From the NCBI GenBank assembly GCA_016841065.1, contig JAENZW010000002.1, forward strand, positions 1-57,747: a stretch of DNA of 57,747 bases, given 5' to 3'. This document shows, piece after piece, positions 36,093 to 46,468 of the stretch (position 1 is the first letter of the stretch; each line of letters starts with the position of its first letter). A program made the translations under genes and the position numbers. The notes under the pieces were generated by a model. That model was not told where the DNA came from, searched no databases, and saw only the letters and a program-made list of their open reading frames with translations. The stretch comes from Actinomycetota bacterium. Its GTDB lineage: Bacteria > Actinomycetota > Coriobacteriia > Anaerosomatales > JAENZW01.

Positions 36093-36612
36093 CGGCGCCG
36101 ATGCACGCACAGTCTCCATGGTTGCGCTCCTTCTATCCTTTGCATCGTGCGTGGCGTATGCCGAGGCGGTGCTGCTGCCATCCCTGCCGATTCCCGGAGT
36201 GCGACTGGGGTTTGCGAACATCGCGGTCGTCGTCGCGATTCTGGTGTCCGGTTCAAGGAGCGCGCTCGTCGTGTCTGTCGGTCGGGTGCTCATCGTCGCT
36301 CTTGCTACGGGCGCGCTCGGCGGACCGTCTTTTCTGTTGTCGATTGCGGGAGCGCTGGCCGCGTGGGCAACCATGAGTATGCTCGCCTCGCGCGGAGCAG
36401 TGTTCTCGCCGATTGGCTGGTCGGTCGCCGGCTCGGCCGTGCACGTCGTGACTCAGCTGGTCGTCGCCTCCTGGATCGTCGGTTCGACCGCCCCGCTTCT
36501 GATGCTGCCACTGTCCCTTGGCGCAAGCTTGCCCGCTGGCCTCGCTGTCGGCTACTCCGCCGGTCTCCTAGTCTCCCGAATCCCCGAGACAACATTGGTA
36601 TTCGGACACTAG
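36076..36612 (+). CDS. Gx transporter family protein (heptaprenyl diphosphate synthase component I-like membrane protein)
   Basis: 178 aa, 5-6 TM helices. LPIPGVRLGFANIAVVVAILVSG matches the family N-terminal signature as I recall it. Confidence 0.55.
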   Translation: MPYRASGADARTVSMVALLLSFASCVAYAEAVLLPSLPIPGVRLGFANIAVVVAILVSGSRSALVVSVGRVLIVALATGALGGPSFLLSIAGALAAWATMSMLASRGAVFSPIGWSVAGSAVHVVTQLVVASWIVGSTAPLLMLPLSLGASLPAGLAVGYSAGLLVSRIPETTLVFGH

Positions 36613-36631
36613 GAGAGAGAGGTGGTCGCCG

Positions 36632-37294
36632 GTGGCGCCACGTCCTCAGGGGGTCGATGCATCCCCCCGAGAGCTGTTGCTTGGCGGCTTCCCGGAGTCG
36701 GTCTCCTATGCGGGACTGTTGGCGGTCCTCATCGGAGAAGACGATGAAGAGTGGGGCCGCAACATACTCGGTCGGGACTTCGGTGCGCTCGATCCGTGGA
36801 GGCTGTCCGCCGAGGATCTCACCGCACTTCCAGGTGTTGGGCCCGCACGTGCGGCATCCGTGTTGGCCGGTCTCGAGATGACTCGGCGAGCAGGCTCCTG
36901 GAGGTCGAGTCGGAAAGACACCGTGAACACCCCGGAGGACGTCGTCGCGCTATGCGGTCTCCAGCTGAGAGGTTGCGATCGAGAACACTTCTGGGCGCTG
37001 GCACTGAACACGAAGAACCGGCTGCTGAGAACTATCGAGGTCTCCGTGGGCAGCCTCAATGCATCGATCGTGCATCCCAGGGAACTGTTCAAGGATGCCG
37101 TCCGTGCGTCCGCCGCCTCGATTGTCGTCGTTCACAACCATCCGAGCGGCGACCCCGCACCGTCTGGGGCGGATATCCAGCTGACCCGACGGCTGGTGAA
37201 GGCCGGGGATGTGCTTGGGATTGAGGTTCTGGACCACGTGATTGTCGGAGACGAGGGCGAGCACGCGAGTATGAGAGAACTCGGTCTCATGTAG
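36632..37294 (+). CDS. radC: RadC-family JAB-domain protein
   Basis: HhH region LTALPGVGPARAASVL. JAMM motif VVHNHPSGDPAPSGADIQLT. Confidence 0.85.
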   Translation: MAPRPQGVDASPRELLLGGFPESVSYAGLLAVLIGEDDEEWGRNILGRDFGALDPWRLSAEDLTALPGVGPARAASVLAGLEMTRRAGSWRSSRKDTVNTPEDVVALCGLQLRGCDREHFWALALNTKNRLLRTIEVSVGSLNASIVHPRELFKDAVRASAASIVVVHNHPSGDPAPSGADIQLTRRLVKAGDVLGIEVLDHVIVGDEGEHASMRELGLM

Positions 37295-37392
37295 CCGGTG
37301 GTCACCGCTTCAGTCCGTCTACCTGCATGATGTTGCCGTTCCGTAGCGAGAAGCGGGCGCGTGCTGTGCTACACTTGTTCCGTTTTCATGCA

Positions 37393-37430
37393 CGGCCGTT
37401 CGGCGAGTAGGCAGCCGACGGGCCGTTTTG
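37393..37430 (+). terminator. putative intrinsic terminator after radC
   Basis: CGGCCGUUCGGC-N9-GCCGACGGGCCG (10 of 12 bp) followed by UUUUGUC. Confidence 0.5.
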
Positions 37431-37495
37431 TCATGCGCTCAGCGTGTCGGCATCACTTCACGTCCTCGACACGCTGTGAAAGGAGAAGGCGACAC

Positions 37496-38536
37496 ATGTC
37501 GCTTATTGATATGTTCTTCAACTCATGGGGCGGCGACATGGCCGTTGACCTCGGGACCGCGAACACCCTCGTGTCGGTCCGCGGTCGCGGCATCGTGCTC
37601 ATCGAACCGTCTGTTGTTGCGGTTGAGCGGGACTCGAAACGCGTGCTTGCTGTGGGTATCGAGGCCAAGCGGATGCTCGGCAGAACGCCCGGCAGCATCG
37701 TTGCCATCCGGCCCCTGAAGGACGGCGTAATCGCGGACTTCGAGGTCACCGAGGCGATGCTCAGGTACTTCATCAACAAGACGCGAGTGAAGCGTTTCCC
37801 CTGGCAGCCGAAGCCTCGCGTTGTCGTGTGCGTACCGAGTGGCGTGACCGAGGTCGAGAAGCGTGCCGTGTTCGAGGCGACCATGCAGGCGGGGGCTCGT
37901 CAGGCATACCTCATCGAGGAACCGATGGCAGCAGCGATCGGGGCCGGACTCCCCATCCAGGAGCCCGCTGGGAACATGGTGGTAGACATCGGGGGCGGCA
38001 CCACTGAGGTCGCCGTCATCTCGCTGGGCGGAATCGTCGAGGCACAATCCATCCGTATCGCGGGCGATGAGTTCGATGAGGCGGTCGTCGCCCACGTCAA
38101 GCGCGTGCATAACGTGCTCATCGGCGAGCGCACTGCTGAGGAGATCAAGTTCGAGATCGGCTCGGCCTGGCCCTTGTTGGAGGAAGTGGATGCAGAGGTG
38201 CGCGGCCGTGACCTGGCGACAGGTCTCCCAAAGACTGTCTCGCTGGAGTCCGAAGAGATCCGTGATGCGATCGAGGAGCCGCTTCAGGCCATCATCGCTG
38301 CAGTCAAGGCGACGCTGGAGCGCACTCCGCCCGAGCTTGCGAGCGACCTCATGGAGTACGGAATCGTTCTTACCGGCGGCGGATCGCTGTTGCGCGGGCT
38401 CGACGAACGTCTCAGGCACGAGACTGGAATGCCCGTGCACGTGTCTGACAACGCACTCACGAACGTCGTCGATGGCTCGGCGATGGCGCTCGAAGAGATC
38501 GACACGCTCAAGAAGGTCCTGACAGGCGGCCGATAG
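37496..38536 (+). CDS. mreB: rod shape-determining protein MreB
   Basis: [58 protein letters not shown] 37496 follows AAAGGAGAAGG. Confidence 0.92.
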   Translation: MSLIDMFFNSWGGDMAVDLGTANTLVSVRGRGIVLIEPSVVAVERDSKRVLAVGIEAKRMLGRTPGSIVAIRPLKDGVIADFEVTEAMLRYFINKTRVKRFPWQPKPRVVVCVPSGVTEVEKRAVFEATMQAGARQAYLIEEPMAAAIGAGLPIQEPAGNMVVDIGGGTTEVAVISLGGIVEAQSIRIAGDEFDEAVVAHVKRVHNVLIGERTAEEIKFEIGSAWPLLEEVDAEVRGRDLATGLPKTVSLESEEIRDAIEEPLQAIIAAVKATLERTPPELASDLMEYGIVLTGGGSLLRGLDERLRHETGMPVHVSDNALTNVVDGSAMALEEIDTLKKVLTGGR

Positions 38537-38551
38537 GGTGGCTCGCCTCCC

Positions 38552-39415
38552 ATGAAGCTACCTCAGTCCGAGAGATCCGTTGGGTCCAACGGTGTTCTTG
38601 CACTCCTTGTCGTCGTGTCTATCGTCCTCATGACCATGTACGCACGTGAAGGGGAGCGCGGCGCCCTACACCGCATGCGAAGTGGCGTCCAGTCAGCGAC
38701 AGCGCCGGTGGCTGCCGCCGGCACTTGGGCGACGACACCGCTCCGCGCCGTCGGCGACTGGACGAACGGACTGACGGTCTCGAGAAGCGAGATCGACCGG
38801 CTGCGAAGCGACAACGACGCTCTGCGGAAGGCCGTGGCCGATCTGGAAGAGGCGAGACTGGAGAACGAGCGCCTGAAGACCCTCGTCGGGTTCATCGACG
38901 CTCGCGATCTCGAGAACGAGAGCGTCGGTGCACGCGTTATCGCCCGTCCGACCAACTCATGGGAAGCGGTCATCACCATCGACCGGGGCACCGCTGACGG
39001 TGTCGACAATGGGATGCCCGTTCTTGGTCCTCAGGGCTTGCTCGGACAGACGGTCGAGGTTACTGAGCACAGTGCGAGAGTCCGGCTGATTGCCGATCAG
39101 CGCAGTGGCGTTGCCGCGATGATCCAGGCGACCCGCGCCGAGGGCGTGGTTTGGGGATCGCTTGCCGGGAGTCTTCGAATGGACTATGTGTCGCGGGAGA
39201 CAACGGTTGTACCAGGTGATCTAGTCTTGACCTCAGGTATGGGCGGCGTGTACCCGAAGGGCCTGCTCATCGGAGAGGTGACCGAGATCGACACGCCTGA
39301 GAACGCACTCTTTCCTCGCATCGCTGTTCGACCCTCGGCGCGTCTAGATGGTATTGAAGAGGTCATCGTGCTGGTAGGCGCGAACAGCGCCGGAGATGTC
39401 GGGGGTGGAGAATGA
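38552..39415 (+). CDS. mreC: rod shape-determining protein MreC
   Basis: N-terminal TM helix, coiled coil (LRSDNDALRKAVADLEEARLENERLK), and beta-rich C-terminal domain ending in TSGMGGVYPKGLLIGEV. Confidence 0.85.
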   Translation: MKLPQSERSVGSNGVLALLVVVSIVLMTMYAREGERGALHRMRSGVQSATAPVAAAGTWATTPLRAVGDWTNGLTVSRSEIDRLRSDNDALRKAVADLEEARLENERLKTLVGFIDARDLENESVGARVIARPTNSWEAVITIDRGTADGVDNGMPVLGPQGLLGQTVEVTEHSARVRLIADQRSGVAAMIQATRAEGVVWGSLAGSLRMDYVSRETTVVPGDLVLTSGMGGVYPKGLLIGEVTEIDTPENALFPRIAVRPSARLDGIEEVIVLVGANSAGDVGGGE

Positions 39416-39927
39416 AAAGGATGTTGCCTACGGCCACCGCAATCTTTGTGGCGGCGCTCCTTCAGGTCGGTCTCGCACCCCAGATGGCGATCGGTGGCGT
39501 GGTTCCCAATCTGCTGCTCCTCGTCACGATTTCCCTCGGCCTCGTCGAGGGATCACTCGCGGGCGCAGTCGGCGGCTTCGCGGCAGGGTTCATCTTCGAC
39601 CTACTCGGCACGAATCCCATAGGTGCGATGGCGCTGATGCTTGCCGTTGTTGGACACCTTGCTGGATCTCTGCAGGAGCACATGTTCGCCGAAGGTTGGC
39701 GACTGCCCGTGACCGTAGTGTTTGTTGCGAGCTTCTTGGCCGGGTTGGGCTACTGGATCGTGCTGTGGGTCCATCCGGAGATGGAACCCGGTTTCGGCAC
39801 CGCGATCGTGCACGTGATACTGCCGGGCGCGTTGTATAATGGCGCGTTGGCGCTGCTGATATTCCCGGTCTTGGCGCGCTTCTTGCGCCGGGAACACCAG
39901 ATACGGACGTATCGTCGTCTCGCGTAG
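39412..39927 (+). CDS. mreD: rod shape-determining protein MreD
   Basis: 171 aa polytopic membrane protein directly after mreC with an ATGA overlap. Confidence 0.75.
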   Translation: MKRMLPTATAIFVAALLQVGLAPQMAIGGVVPNLLLLVTISLGLVEGSLAGAVGGFAAGFIFDLLGTNPIGAMALMLAVVGHLAGSLQEHMFAEGWRLPVTVVFVASFLAGLGYWIVLWVHPEMEPGFGTAIVHVILPGALYNGALALLIFPVLARFLRREHQIRTYRRLA

Positions 39928-40000
39928 CGAGCGGCCCCCAGAAGGGTCAAGGTCCTTCTCGGGTCGGGTCGCCGCAGCGGGGACCTCTGGAGCCATATAG

Positions 40001-41857
40001 ATGTCCACCTTCCGCGAACAGCTCAAAGGCCGCTACGCCGCCCTCGCTCTCGTCGTCTTGACGTGCCTGGGCGTTCTTCTGGTGCGCCTGTGGAGCATGC
40101 AGGTTCTGTCCGGGACCGAGTACGCGGCAATGGCGAACGACAACCGCGTTCGAGAAATCACGATCGACGCCCCCAGGGGGAGGATCCTCGATCGCGACGG
40201 CAACCCCCTCGTCACGAACCGCGCCTCACTTGCGGTGAGCGTCTCCCCTTCGGCGAAGGATGACGAAGAGATGCTGTACCGGCTGTCGGCTCTCCTCGAC
40301 AAGCCGTTGGAGGAAGTGAAGTTGCGGGTTGCCTCGACGCGCGAAGAAGCCTTGCGGCCGCGCATCGTCGCGGTCGACGTCTCGCGCGACGTCGTGAGCT
40401 ATCTCGCGGAACACGAGTCCGAGTACCCGGGCGTCGAAGTACAGGTCGTCGCAGTGAGGCAGTATCCCGAGGGCAATCTGGCTGCGCACGTGCTCGGCTA
40501 CACGGGTGAAATCTCCGAAGAACAGATTGCCCTGCCCGATTTCGAGAGCTACGCGCTGGGTGACATCGTGGGCAAAACGGGCGCGGAACGCCAGTTCGAA
40601 TCGGTGCTGCAAGGGGACAAGGGATATCGCCGAATCGAGGTGGACGCGCGCGGACGCGAGCGTCACGTCATCGAAGAGGGTGAGCCGATACCCGGGCGCG
40701 ACGTCGTGTTGACCATCGATTCGGAAACCCAGAAGGTCGCCGAACAGGCACTGGTCCATGCTCTCGAGGACGCTCACGCCGACAAGTTTACGCATGCGAA
40801 GGCAGGCGCTGCAGTCGCGATCGACATAGAGACCGGCGAGATCCTGGCCATGGCGAGCATGCCAACCTATGACCCCGCATTGTTCATAGGGGGGATCTCC
40901 GAGAAGAACTGGAAGCGTCTCAACGCAAAGGGCAGCGAGTACCCGCTCACGAACAGAGCGGTGATGGCGCAGTATCCCCCGGCATCAACATTCAAGGCGT
41001 TCACTGGTCTCGCGGGGCTCACCCACGATGTGAACGGAGAGTGGAGCCAGTACTACTGTCCGGGCAAATGGATCGAGATGGGCGAGCAGTGGCCCAAATG
41101 GTGTTGGCAGAGGACGGGCCATGGCACCATCAACTTCCATGACGGCGTCGTGGAGAGCTGTGACACGGTGTTCTACGAGATTGGCTACGAGTTCTACAAG
41201 CAAGGTGATGAGGAGCTTCAGAAGCTCGCCAGGGAGTTCGGATTCGGCAGTCTCACCGGGGTCGATCTGCCCGGTGAGGTCGAAGGGCGTGTGCCCGACG
41301 CCGCATGGAAGGCGGAGTTCAACGCCGACTACCCCGAGTACAAGCAGTGGCTGCCTGGCGACACCGTGAACATAGCGATTGGCCAGGGCGACATGCTCGT
41401 CACGCCACTGCAGCTTGCGGTGGCCTACGCCGGAATCGCGAACGACGGCACCCTCATGCGCCCACACGTCATGCAAGAGGTTCGCGACGAAACAGGGCAG
41501 GCCGTCTTGTCATACGAGCTTGAGACTCTTGCCACTCCGGGCGTCTCGAAGAGCGATCTTGCCGTCATGCAACGCGCACTCAAGGACGTGACACAGAGCG
41601 GCACCGCCGCTGACGCGTTCTCGGGATTCGGCGCCAGTGTTGCGGGCAAGACCGGAACCGCACAGGTTGCGGGCAAGGATGACTACGCGTGGTTCGTTGC
41701 GACTGCTCCGACTGACAAGCCGAAGTACGCGGTTGCGGTCGTCATCGAGGAGGGTGGGCATGGGGGATCTATCGCTGCGCCTGCCGCCCGCGAGATTCTG
41801 TCTTCCTTGCTCGGCCTGCCTATCGAGCACGTGCGTGCTCAGGATGTCTCGAGGTGA
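40001..41857 (+). CDS. mrdA: penicillin-binding protein 2 (elongasome transpeptidase)
   Basis: PBP dimerisation domain plus transpeptidase motifs PASTFK (SxxK), SCD (SxN-like) and KTGTA (KTG). Confidence 0.9.
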   Translation: MSTFREQLKGRYAALALVVLTCLGVLLVRLWSMQVLSGTEYAAMANDNRVREITIDAPRGRILDRDGNPLVTNRASLAVSVSPSAKDDEEMLYRLSALLDKPLEEVKLRVASTREEALRPRIVAVDVSRDVVSYLAEHESEYPGVEVQVVAVRQYPEGNLAAHVLGYTGEISEEQIALPDFESYALGDIVGKTGAERQFESVLQGDKGYRRIEVDARGRERHVIEEGEPIPGRDVVLTIDSETQKVAEQALVHALEDAHADKFTHAKAGAAVAIDIETGEILAMASMPTYDPALFIGGISEKNWKRLNAKGSEYPLTNRAVMAQYPPASTFKAFTGLAGLTHDVNGEWSQYYCPGKWIEMGEQWPKWCWQRTGHGTINFHDGVVESCDTVFYEIGYEFYKQGDEELQKLAREFGFGSLTGVDLPGEVEGRVPDAAWKAEFNADYPEYKQWLPGDTVNIAIGQGDMLVTPLQLAVAYAGIANDGTLMRPHVMQEVRDETGQAVLSYELETLATPGVSKSDLAVMQRALKDVTQSGTAADAFSGFGASVAGKTGTAQVAGKDDYAWFVATAPTDKPKYAVAVVIEEGGHGGSIAAPAAREILSSLLGLPIEHVRAQDVSR

Positions 41858-41860
41858 CGC

Positions 41861-42976
41861 GTGGTTCGCTCTCACGTCACTAGGTTCGGACGCTGGGTCA
41901 ATCTACCCCTGCTTGTTACCGTTGCGCTTCTTGTCGTCTTCGGCAGCGTTGTCGTGGAGTCGGCTACGTCTGCCATGGCAGGCGGGGACGGGCTCTTCCG
42001 CAGGCATCTGTTTGGCATTGCTGTCGGCATCGTGCTGATGGCGTTCGCGTGGGCGTTTGACTACACGGAGTTCAAGGGCTGGCTCGGCCCGCTGGTCATT
42101 CTCGACGCACTGTTGATCATCAGTCCGCGAGTACCTGGTCTCGGCGATACGGCCAAGGGGGCAACGTCATGGCTGCAGATTGCCGGGTTCAGGCTGTTCC
42201 AGCCGTCCGAGCCGGCGAAGCTGGTGACGATCGTGATCATGGCCATCGTCATCGCGCAGTACAAGGGTCGCATCGAAGAGACCAAAGACGTCGCTCGCGT
42301 GATGGGCTTCCTGGCTCTGCCGCTCGCGCTGATCTTGTTGCAGCCGGACCTCGGGACTGGAATGGTCTTCGTGGCGATCGTCATGGGGATGCTTCTCATC
42401 GGCGGGCTGAAGGCGCGTTGGTTCCTGATCTTCGCGTTGATTGGATCGGTTGTCGTCGGGGCGGTTCTCTACTTCAACGTGCTGGCCGACTACCAGGAGG
42501 ACCGTTTGCTGGTATTTGTGGATCCCACCCGGGATCCGTGGGGTGCGGGATACAACCTGGCGCAATCGAAGATTGCCATCGGGTCTGGTGAGCTCACTGG
42601 CAAGGGTCTTGGTTCGGGGACTCAATCGAACCTGAACTTCCTGCCCGAGCGACATACGGACTTCATCTTCTCCGTCCTCGGCGAGGAGATGGGCTTCACG
42701 GGGGCGGTGACGCTCCTCGGCCTCTATCTCGCGCTGCTGGTGATAGCTCTGGAGATGTCTACCTCGTCTCGGGACCTGACCGGTTCCCTCATTGCCACTG
42801 GCCTGATCAGCATGTGGACGTTCCAGATTCTTATCAACGTCGGCATGACAATCGGATTGATGCCCATCACGGGTATTCCTTTGCCGTTCATGAGCTTCGG
42901 GAGCTCGTTCATGGTCACCAACCTCGTAGGAACGGGTATGCTTCTGTCCGTGTGGGCACGCCGCTACGGAGTCTGA
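41861..42976 (+). CDS. rodA: rod shape-determining protein RodA (SEDS glycosyltransferase)
   Basis: FQPSEPAKL, LQPDLGT, PERHTDFIFSVLGEE..G, and GIPLPFMSFGSS at the C-terminus. Confidence 0.9.
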   Translation: MVRSHVTRFGRWVNLPLLVTVALLVVFGSVVVESATSAMAGGDGLFRRHLFGIAVGIVLMAFAWAFDYTEFKGWLGPLVILDALLIISPRVPGLGDTAKGATSWLQIAGFRLFQPSEPAKLVTIVIMAIVIAQYKGRIEETKDVARVMGFLALPLALILLQPDLGTGMVFVAIVMGMLLIGGLKARWFLIFALIGSVVVGAVLYFNVLADYQEDRLLVFVDPTRDPWGAGYNLAQSKIAIGSGELTGKGLGSGTQSNLNFLPERHTDFIFSVLGEEMGFTGAVTLLGLYLALLVIALEMSTSSRDLTGSLIATGLISMWTFQILINVGMTIGLMPITGIPLPFMSFGSSFMVTNLVGTGMLLSVWARRYGV

Positions 42977-42995
42977 TTCTCAGGAGATGTGAAAC

Positions 42996-43910
42996 GTGAA
43001 GATGCCGGTAGACATACGCGACATCGTGAAGTCGGGCTCGAAGATCAATGAGGAACGAGAAGAGCAGGTTCGACTCGCCGTTCTGGTAGAGGCCGACGCT
43101 CCCGAGGTGCTTGTCGATGTACTCGAGGCTTCGTTCCGAGCGCACACGGCGAACGCTCATCTACATATTGAGGTAGTCGAACCTGGCAAGGAATTCCTCA
43201 TCGATGGGGCCGCCGACGCGGTTATCGCGGTTCTCGGTAGCGGACGAATGGGACTTATCGAGCAGCTCGCGGACCCGCGCGAACGCTCGATTCCCATCGC
43301 GGTGATTGCACTTGGCGAAGAGGCTGGTCCCATCGCGGACCTCTTGCATCACGCATACAGGGACACGCTCGCCGACCCTGATGCCGAGCGCCTCGTGGAA
43401 GATCAACTCGGCGAATGGCTGGTGGAACGCTTGCCCGGGAAGCGTCTGTCTCTCGCGCACAACTACGAGTTCATGCGACGCGCGGTGGCACTTGAGGCCG
43501 TGCGGAACACCGCGTGGCAGAACGGGGCCATAGGCGCCGTGGCCTTCCTGCCCGGCGCGGACATGCCGCTGATGACAGCTAATCAGATCAAGATGCTCAT
43601 GCAGATAGCAGCGGCGTACGGCGAGAGTCTCGGAATGGAGCGTCTTCGTGAGCTGATGGTGATCGTCGGGGGCGGCTTCGCACTCCGATCCATCGCTCGC
43701 CAGGCGGTAGCGTTTGTTCCTGGCTTCGGGTGGGCGATCAAGGGTGGCATCGGTGCAAGTGGCACTCTGGCGATGGGCTTTGCGAGCATCAAATACTTCG
43801 AGGGTGGTGCCGACGTCGGTCGACTCTCAGAGCAGTTTGACCGTCTTAGAGAGAGCGTAGCGAGGCGTCTGAAGCCTGCCGACCAGGAGCGCGCCGCCGG
43901 TGTCGAGTAG
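42996..43910 (+). CDS. hypothetical protein, DUF697-like C-terminal half
   Basis: 304 aa. The C-terminal Gly-rich amphipathic region (MVIVGGGFALRSIARQAVAFVPGFGWAIKGGIGASGTLAMG) resembles DUF697 from memory. Confidence 0.35.
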   Translation: MKMPVDIRDIVKSGSKINEEREEQVRLAVLVEADAPEVLVDVLEASFRAHTANAHLHIEVVEPGKEFLIDGAADAVIAVLGSGRMGLIEQLADPRERSIPIAVIALGEEAGPIADLLHHAYRDTLADPDAERLVEDQLGEWLVERLPGKRLSLAHNYEFMRRAVALEAVRNTAWQNGAIGAVAFLPGADMPLMTANQIKMLMQIAAAYGESLGMERLRELMVIVGGGFALRSIARQAVAFVPGFGWAIKGGIGASGTLAMGFASIKYFEGGADVGRLSEQFDRLRESVARRLKPADQERAAGVE

Positions 43911-45768
43911 CGAATGGGAACGCGTTGAGCGACTACTGAACCGCGTCGAGCGACCCGCTCGCTACATCGACCATGAGTGGGGTGCATCCCGCGAGCCAGG
44001 CTTCAACTATCGTGCGGTGCTCCTGTACCCGGATACGTACGAGCTTGGCATGGCCAATCAGGCGATCTCGATTCTGTACGAGCGTCTGAACGCTGCCGAT
44101 GAGGTCCTGGCCGAAAGGTGCTTCCTGCCGTGGATCGACATGGCGGCAGCGATGCGCGAGGAGGACATCCCTCTCTTCGGCCTCGAAACAGGCCTGGCAG
44201 TGCGCGACGCGGACCTGTTCGGCATCACGCTACCGTACGAGCTGACATACACGAACATCCTCGAGGCTCTGGATCTCGCCGGGATTCCGCTCCGTGCGCG
44301 AGATCGCGGCGAGGGAGATCCCGTTGTGTTGGGCGGGGGGCCGTGCGCATACAACCCTGAACCCATTGCCGAGTTCTTCGACGCGATTCTGATCGGTGAG
44401 GGTGAGGAGGCCATCCTCGAGATTGCCAACGTTCACAGGCGTGCGCGGGACGGTGGGGCAGATCGTGTCGGCATCCTACGCGAGCTTGCGCGACTGGACG
44501 GCGTATACGTCCCCCGGTTCTATCAGCCGGTTCGCGATGCCGAAGGGGCGCTCACAGGTGTGGTCGCGGACACCGGAATCACACCCGTCGTGAACAAGCG
44601 GGTACTCGCCGATCTAGACACGTTCCGGGCCCCGACCTGCCCGGTCGTGCCGTTCATGGACGTAGTCCACGATCGGGCGTCGGTCGAGATCCTCCGAGGC
44701 TGCACTCGCGGATGTCGGTTCTGCCAGGCGGGGATGGTGTATCGACCGGTTCGAGAGCGTTCGGCTGATTCGATCGTGCGCGATGCAATCGCATCGCTGA
44801 AGTGCACGGGGTACGACGAGGTGTCTTTGACGTCGCTGTCCACGACCGACCACTCACAGCTCGAGGACGTTCTTCGGCGACTGACCCGTCGTCTCGAGGG
44901 CAAGGGGATCTCGGTCTCGGTTCCCAGCTTGCGCGTCGACGCGTTCTCCATCGACATGGCGCGCCTGGTTGGAGGAGGCCGCAAGTCCGGACTCACCTTT
45001 GCCCCAGAGGCCGGCACGCAACGGCTACGGGACGTTATCAACAAGAACGTCACCGAAGAGGAGCTACTCGGGACTGTTCGACACGCATTCGACGCAGGCT
45101 GGAGACGGGTCAAGCTGTACTTCATGCTCGGGCTGCCGACGGAGACCGACGCGGACGTGCTCGGCATCTCCGACCTGGTTCGCAAGGTTAGCGACGAGGC
45201 TCGCTCATGCGTCGAGCCCTCTCAAAGAGGCTCGATTCGGATCGCGGTGTCCGTCTCCGTCTTCGTGCCGAAGGCGCACACCCCATTCCAGTGGGATCCG
45301 CAGCTACCGAGAGACGAGATAGGGCGGCGTCAGGACCTGCTGCGCTCTTCCATGCCCAGAAAGGGAATCGAGCTATCGTGGCATGAGGCTGACGTGTCAT
45401 TCCTCGAGGCAGTCATGGCCCGTGGTGGACGCGAGATCGCGGATGCGATCGAGGCTGCATGGCGCACGGGCGCCGTGTTCGACGCATGGACGGAACGTTT
45501 TGACATCGGGACATGGCTCGGTGCGTTCGCGAGCGTAGGGGTCGATCCGGCCTCGGTAGCGGTTGGTGAGAAGAGTTCCAACGAGATCCTCCCCTGGGAC
45601 CACATCTCGTGCGGAGTCTCACGGGCGTATCTTGCGCGAGAGCGGGAGAGGGCATCTGAGGCGTCGACGACATCGGACTGCAGCTTCGACGGCTGCACAG
45701 GCTGCGATGCCTGCGACGAACTCGGAGTCGAAATCGTCCTTGGGGGTGGCACACGTGGCGCCCGGTGA
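43900..45768 (+). CDS. B12-binding-domain radical SAM protein (TIGR03960-like)
   Basis: 622 aa. ILRGCTRGCRFCQAGMVYRP (CxxxCxxC). Always-paired context with the following DUF2344-like gene. Confidence 0.75.
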   Translation: MSSSEWERVERLLNRVERPARYIDHEWGASREPGFNYRAVLLYPDTYELGMANQAISILYERLNAADEVLAERCFLPWIDMAAAMREEDIPLFGLETGLAVRDADLFGITLPYELTYTNILEALDLAGIPLRARDRGEGDPVVLGGGPCAYNPEPIAEFFDAILIGEGEEAILEIANVHRRARDGGADRVGILRELARLDGVYVPRFYQPVRDAEGALTGVVADTGITPVVNKRVLADLDTFRAPTCPVVPFMDVVHDRASVEILRGCTRGCRFCQAGMVYRPVRERSADSIVRDAIASLKCTGYDEVSLTSLSTTDHSQLEDVLRRLTRRLEGKGISVSVPSLRVDAFSIDMARLVGGGRKSGLTFAPEAGTQRLRDVINKNVTEEELLGTVRHAFDAGWRRVKLYFMLGLPTETDADVLGISDLVRKVSDEARSCVEPSQRGSIRIAVSVSVFVPKAHTPFQWDPQLPRDEIGRRQDLLRSSMPRKGIELSWHEADVSFLEAVMARGGREIADAIEAAWRTGAVFDAWTERFDIGTWLGAFASVGVDPASVAVGEKSSNEILPWDHISCGVSRAYLARERERASEASTTSDCSFDGCTGCDACDELGVEIVLGGGTRGAR

Positions 45769-46447
45769 GTTTCGCCTGCGGATTGCATACCAGAAGATCG
45801 GGAGACTTCGCTTCCTGTCGCACCTGGAAGTGCTACGTGCGATGGAACGCGCTGCGCGTCGCGCTGATTTGCCCTATTCTGTCACCAAGGGATTCTCTCC
45901 CCACATGAAACTCGCGTTCGGACCGGCGCTTCCCGTCGGAACGGCGGGCGAGCGGGAGTACGTGGACATCTGGCTCACGACGTACGAACCAGCAGAGGGT
46001 CTGGCCGGTCGGCTCCGAGAAGCTTCTGTTTCGGACCTTGCTCCAGTAGCAGCCGGGTTTGTGGCCGCAGGGGAGCCGTCTTTGACGGCAGCCTGCACGA
46101 TTGCAGAGTACGAGGTGATTGTAGGCGGAGACGGAGCACGTGGAACGGCGTTGGCAGAGTCGCTGAAGACACTGGTTGACAGCAGAGAATTCGCGGTCGA
46201 GCACAAGGGCAAGAAGAAGGTTTTCGACCTCGCGCGCAGTCTCCCGAAGGAGCATCGCGTGGAGTCGTGCGGCCGCGGAGCTACTGTAGATCTCATCGTT
46301 CGAATGGGGCCGGAGGGTTCGCTAAGACCCGATGTGTTCGTCCGGGAAGCCATTCTGCGAGCCAGCATCGACGCGTCGATCGACACCGTGACACGAACAG
46401 GCACCCTCATCGAAGACTCGGAGGGTGCGTGGCGCCGTCCCCTGTAG
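45755..46447 (+). CDS. radical SAM-associated protein (DUF2344/TIGR03936-like)
   Basis: FRLRIAYQKIGRLRFLSHLEVLRAMERAARRADLPYSVTKGFSPHMKLAFGPALPVG. GTG start is ambiguous (45746 or 45755) and overlaps the upstream gene. Confidence 0.65.
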   Translation: MAPGEFRLRIAYQKIGRLRFLSHLEVLRAMERAARRADLPYSVTKGFSPHMKLAFGPALPVGTAGEREYVDIWLTTYEPAEGLAGRLREASVSDLAPVAAGFVAAGEPSLTAACTIAEYEVIVGGDGARGTALAESLKTLVDSREFAVEHKGKKKVFDLARSLPKEHRVESCGRGATVDLIVRMGPEGSLRPDVFVREAILRASIDASIDTVTRTGTLIEDSEGAWRRPL

Positions 46448-46468
46448 CGGGACAATGGAGGCGCCGCC

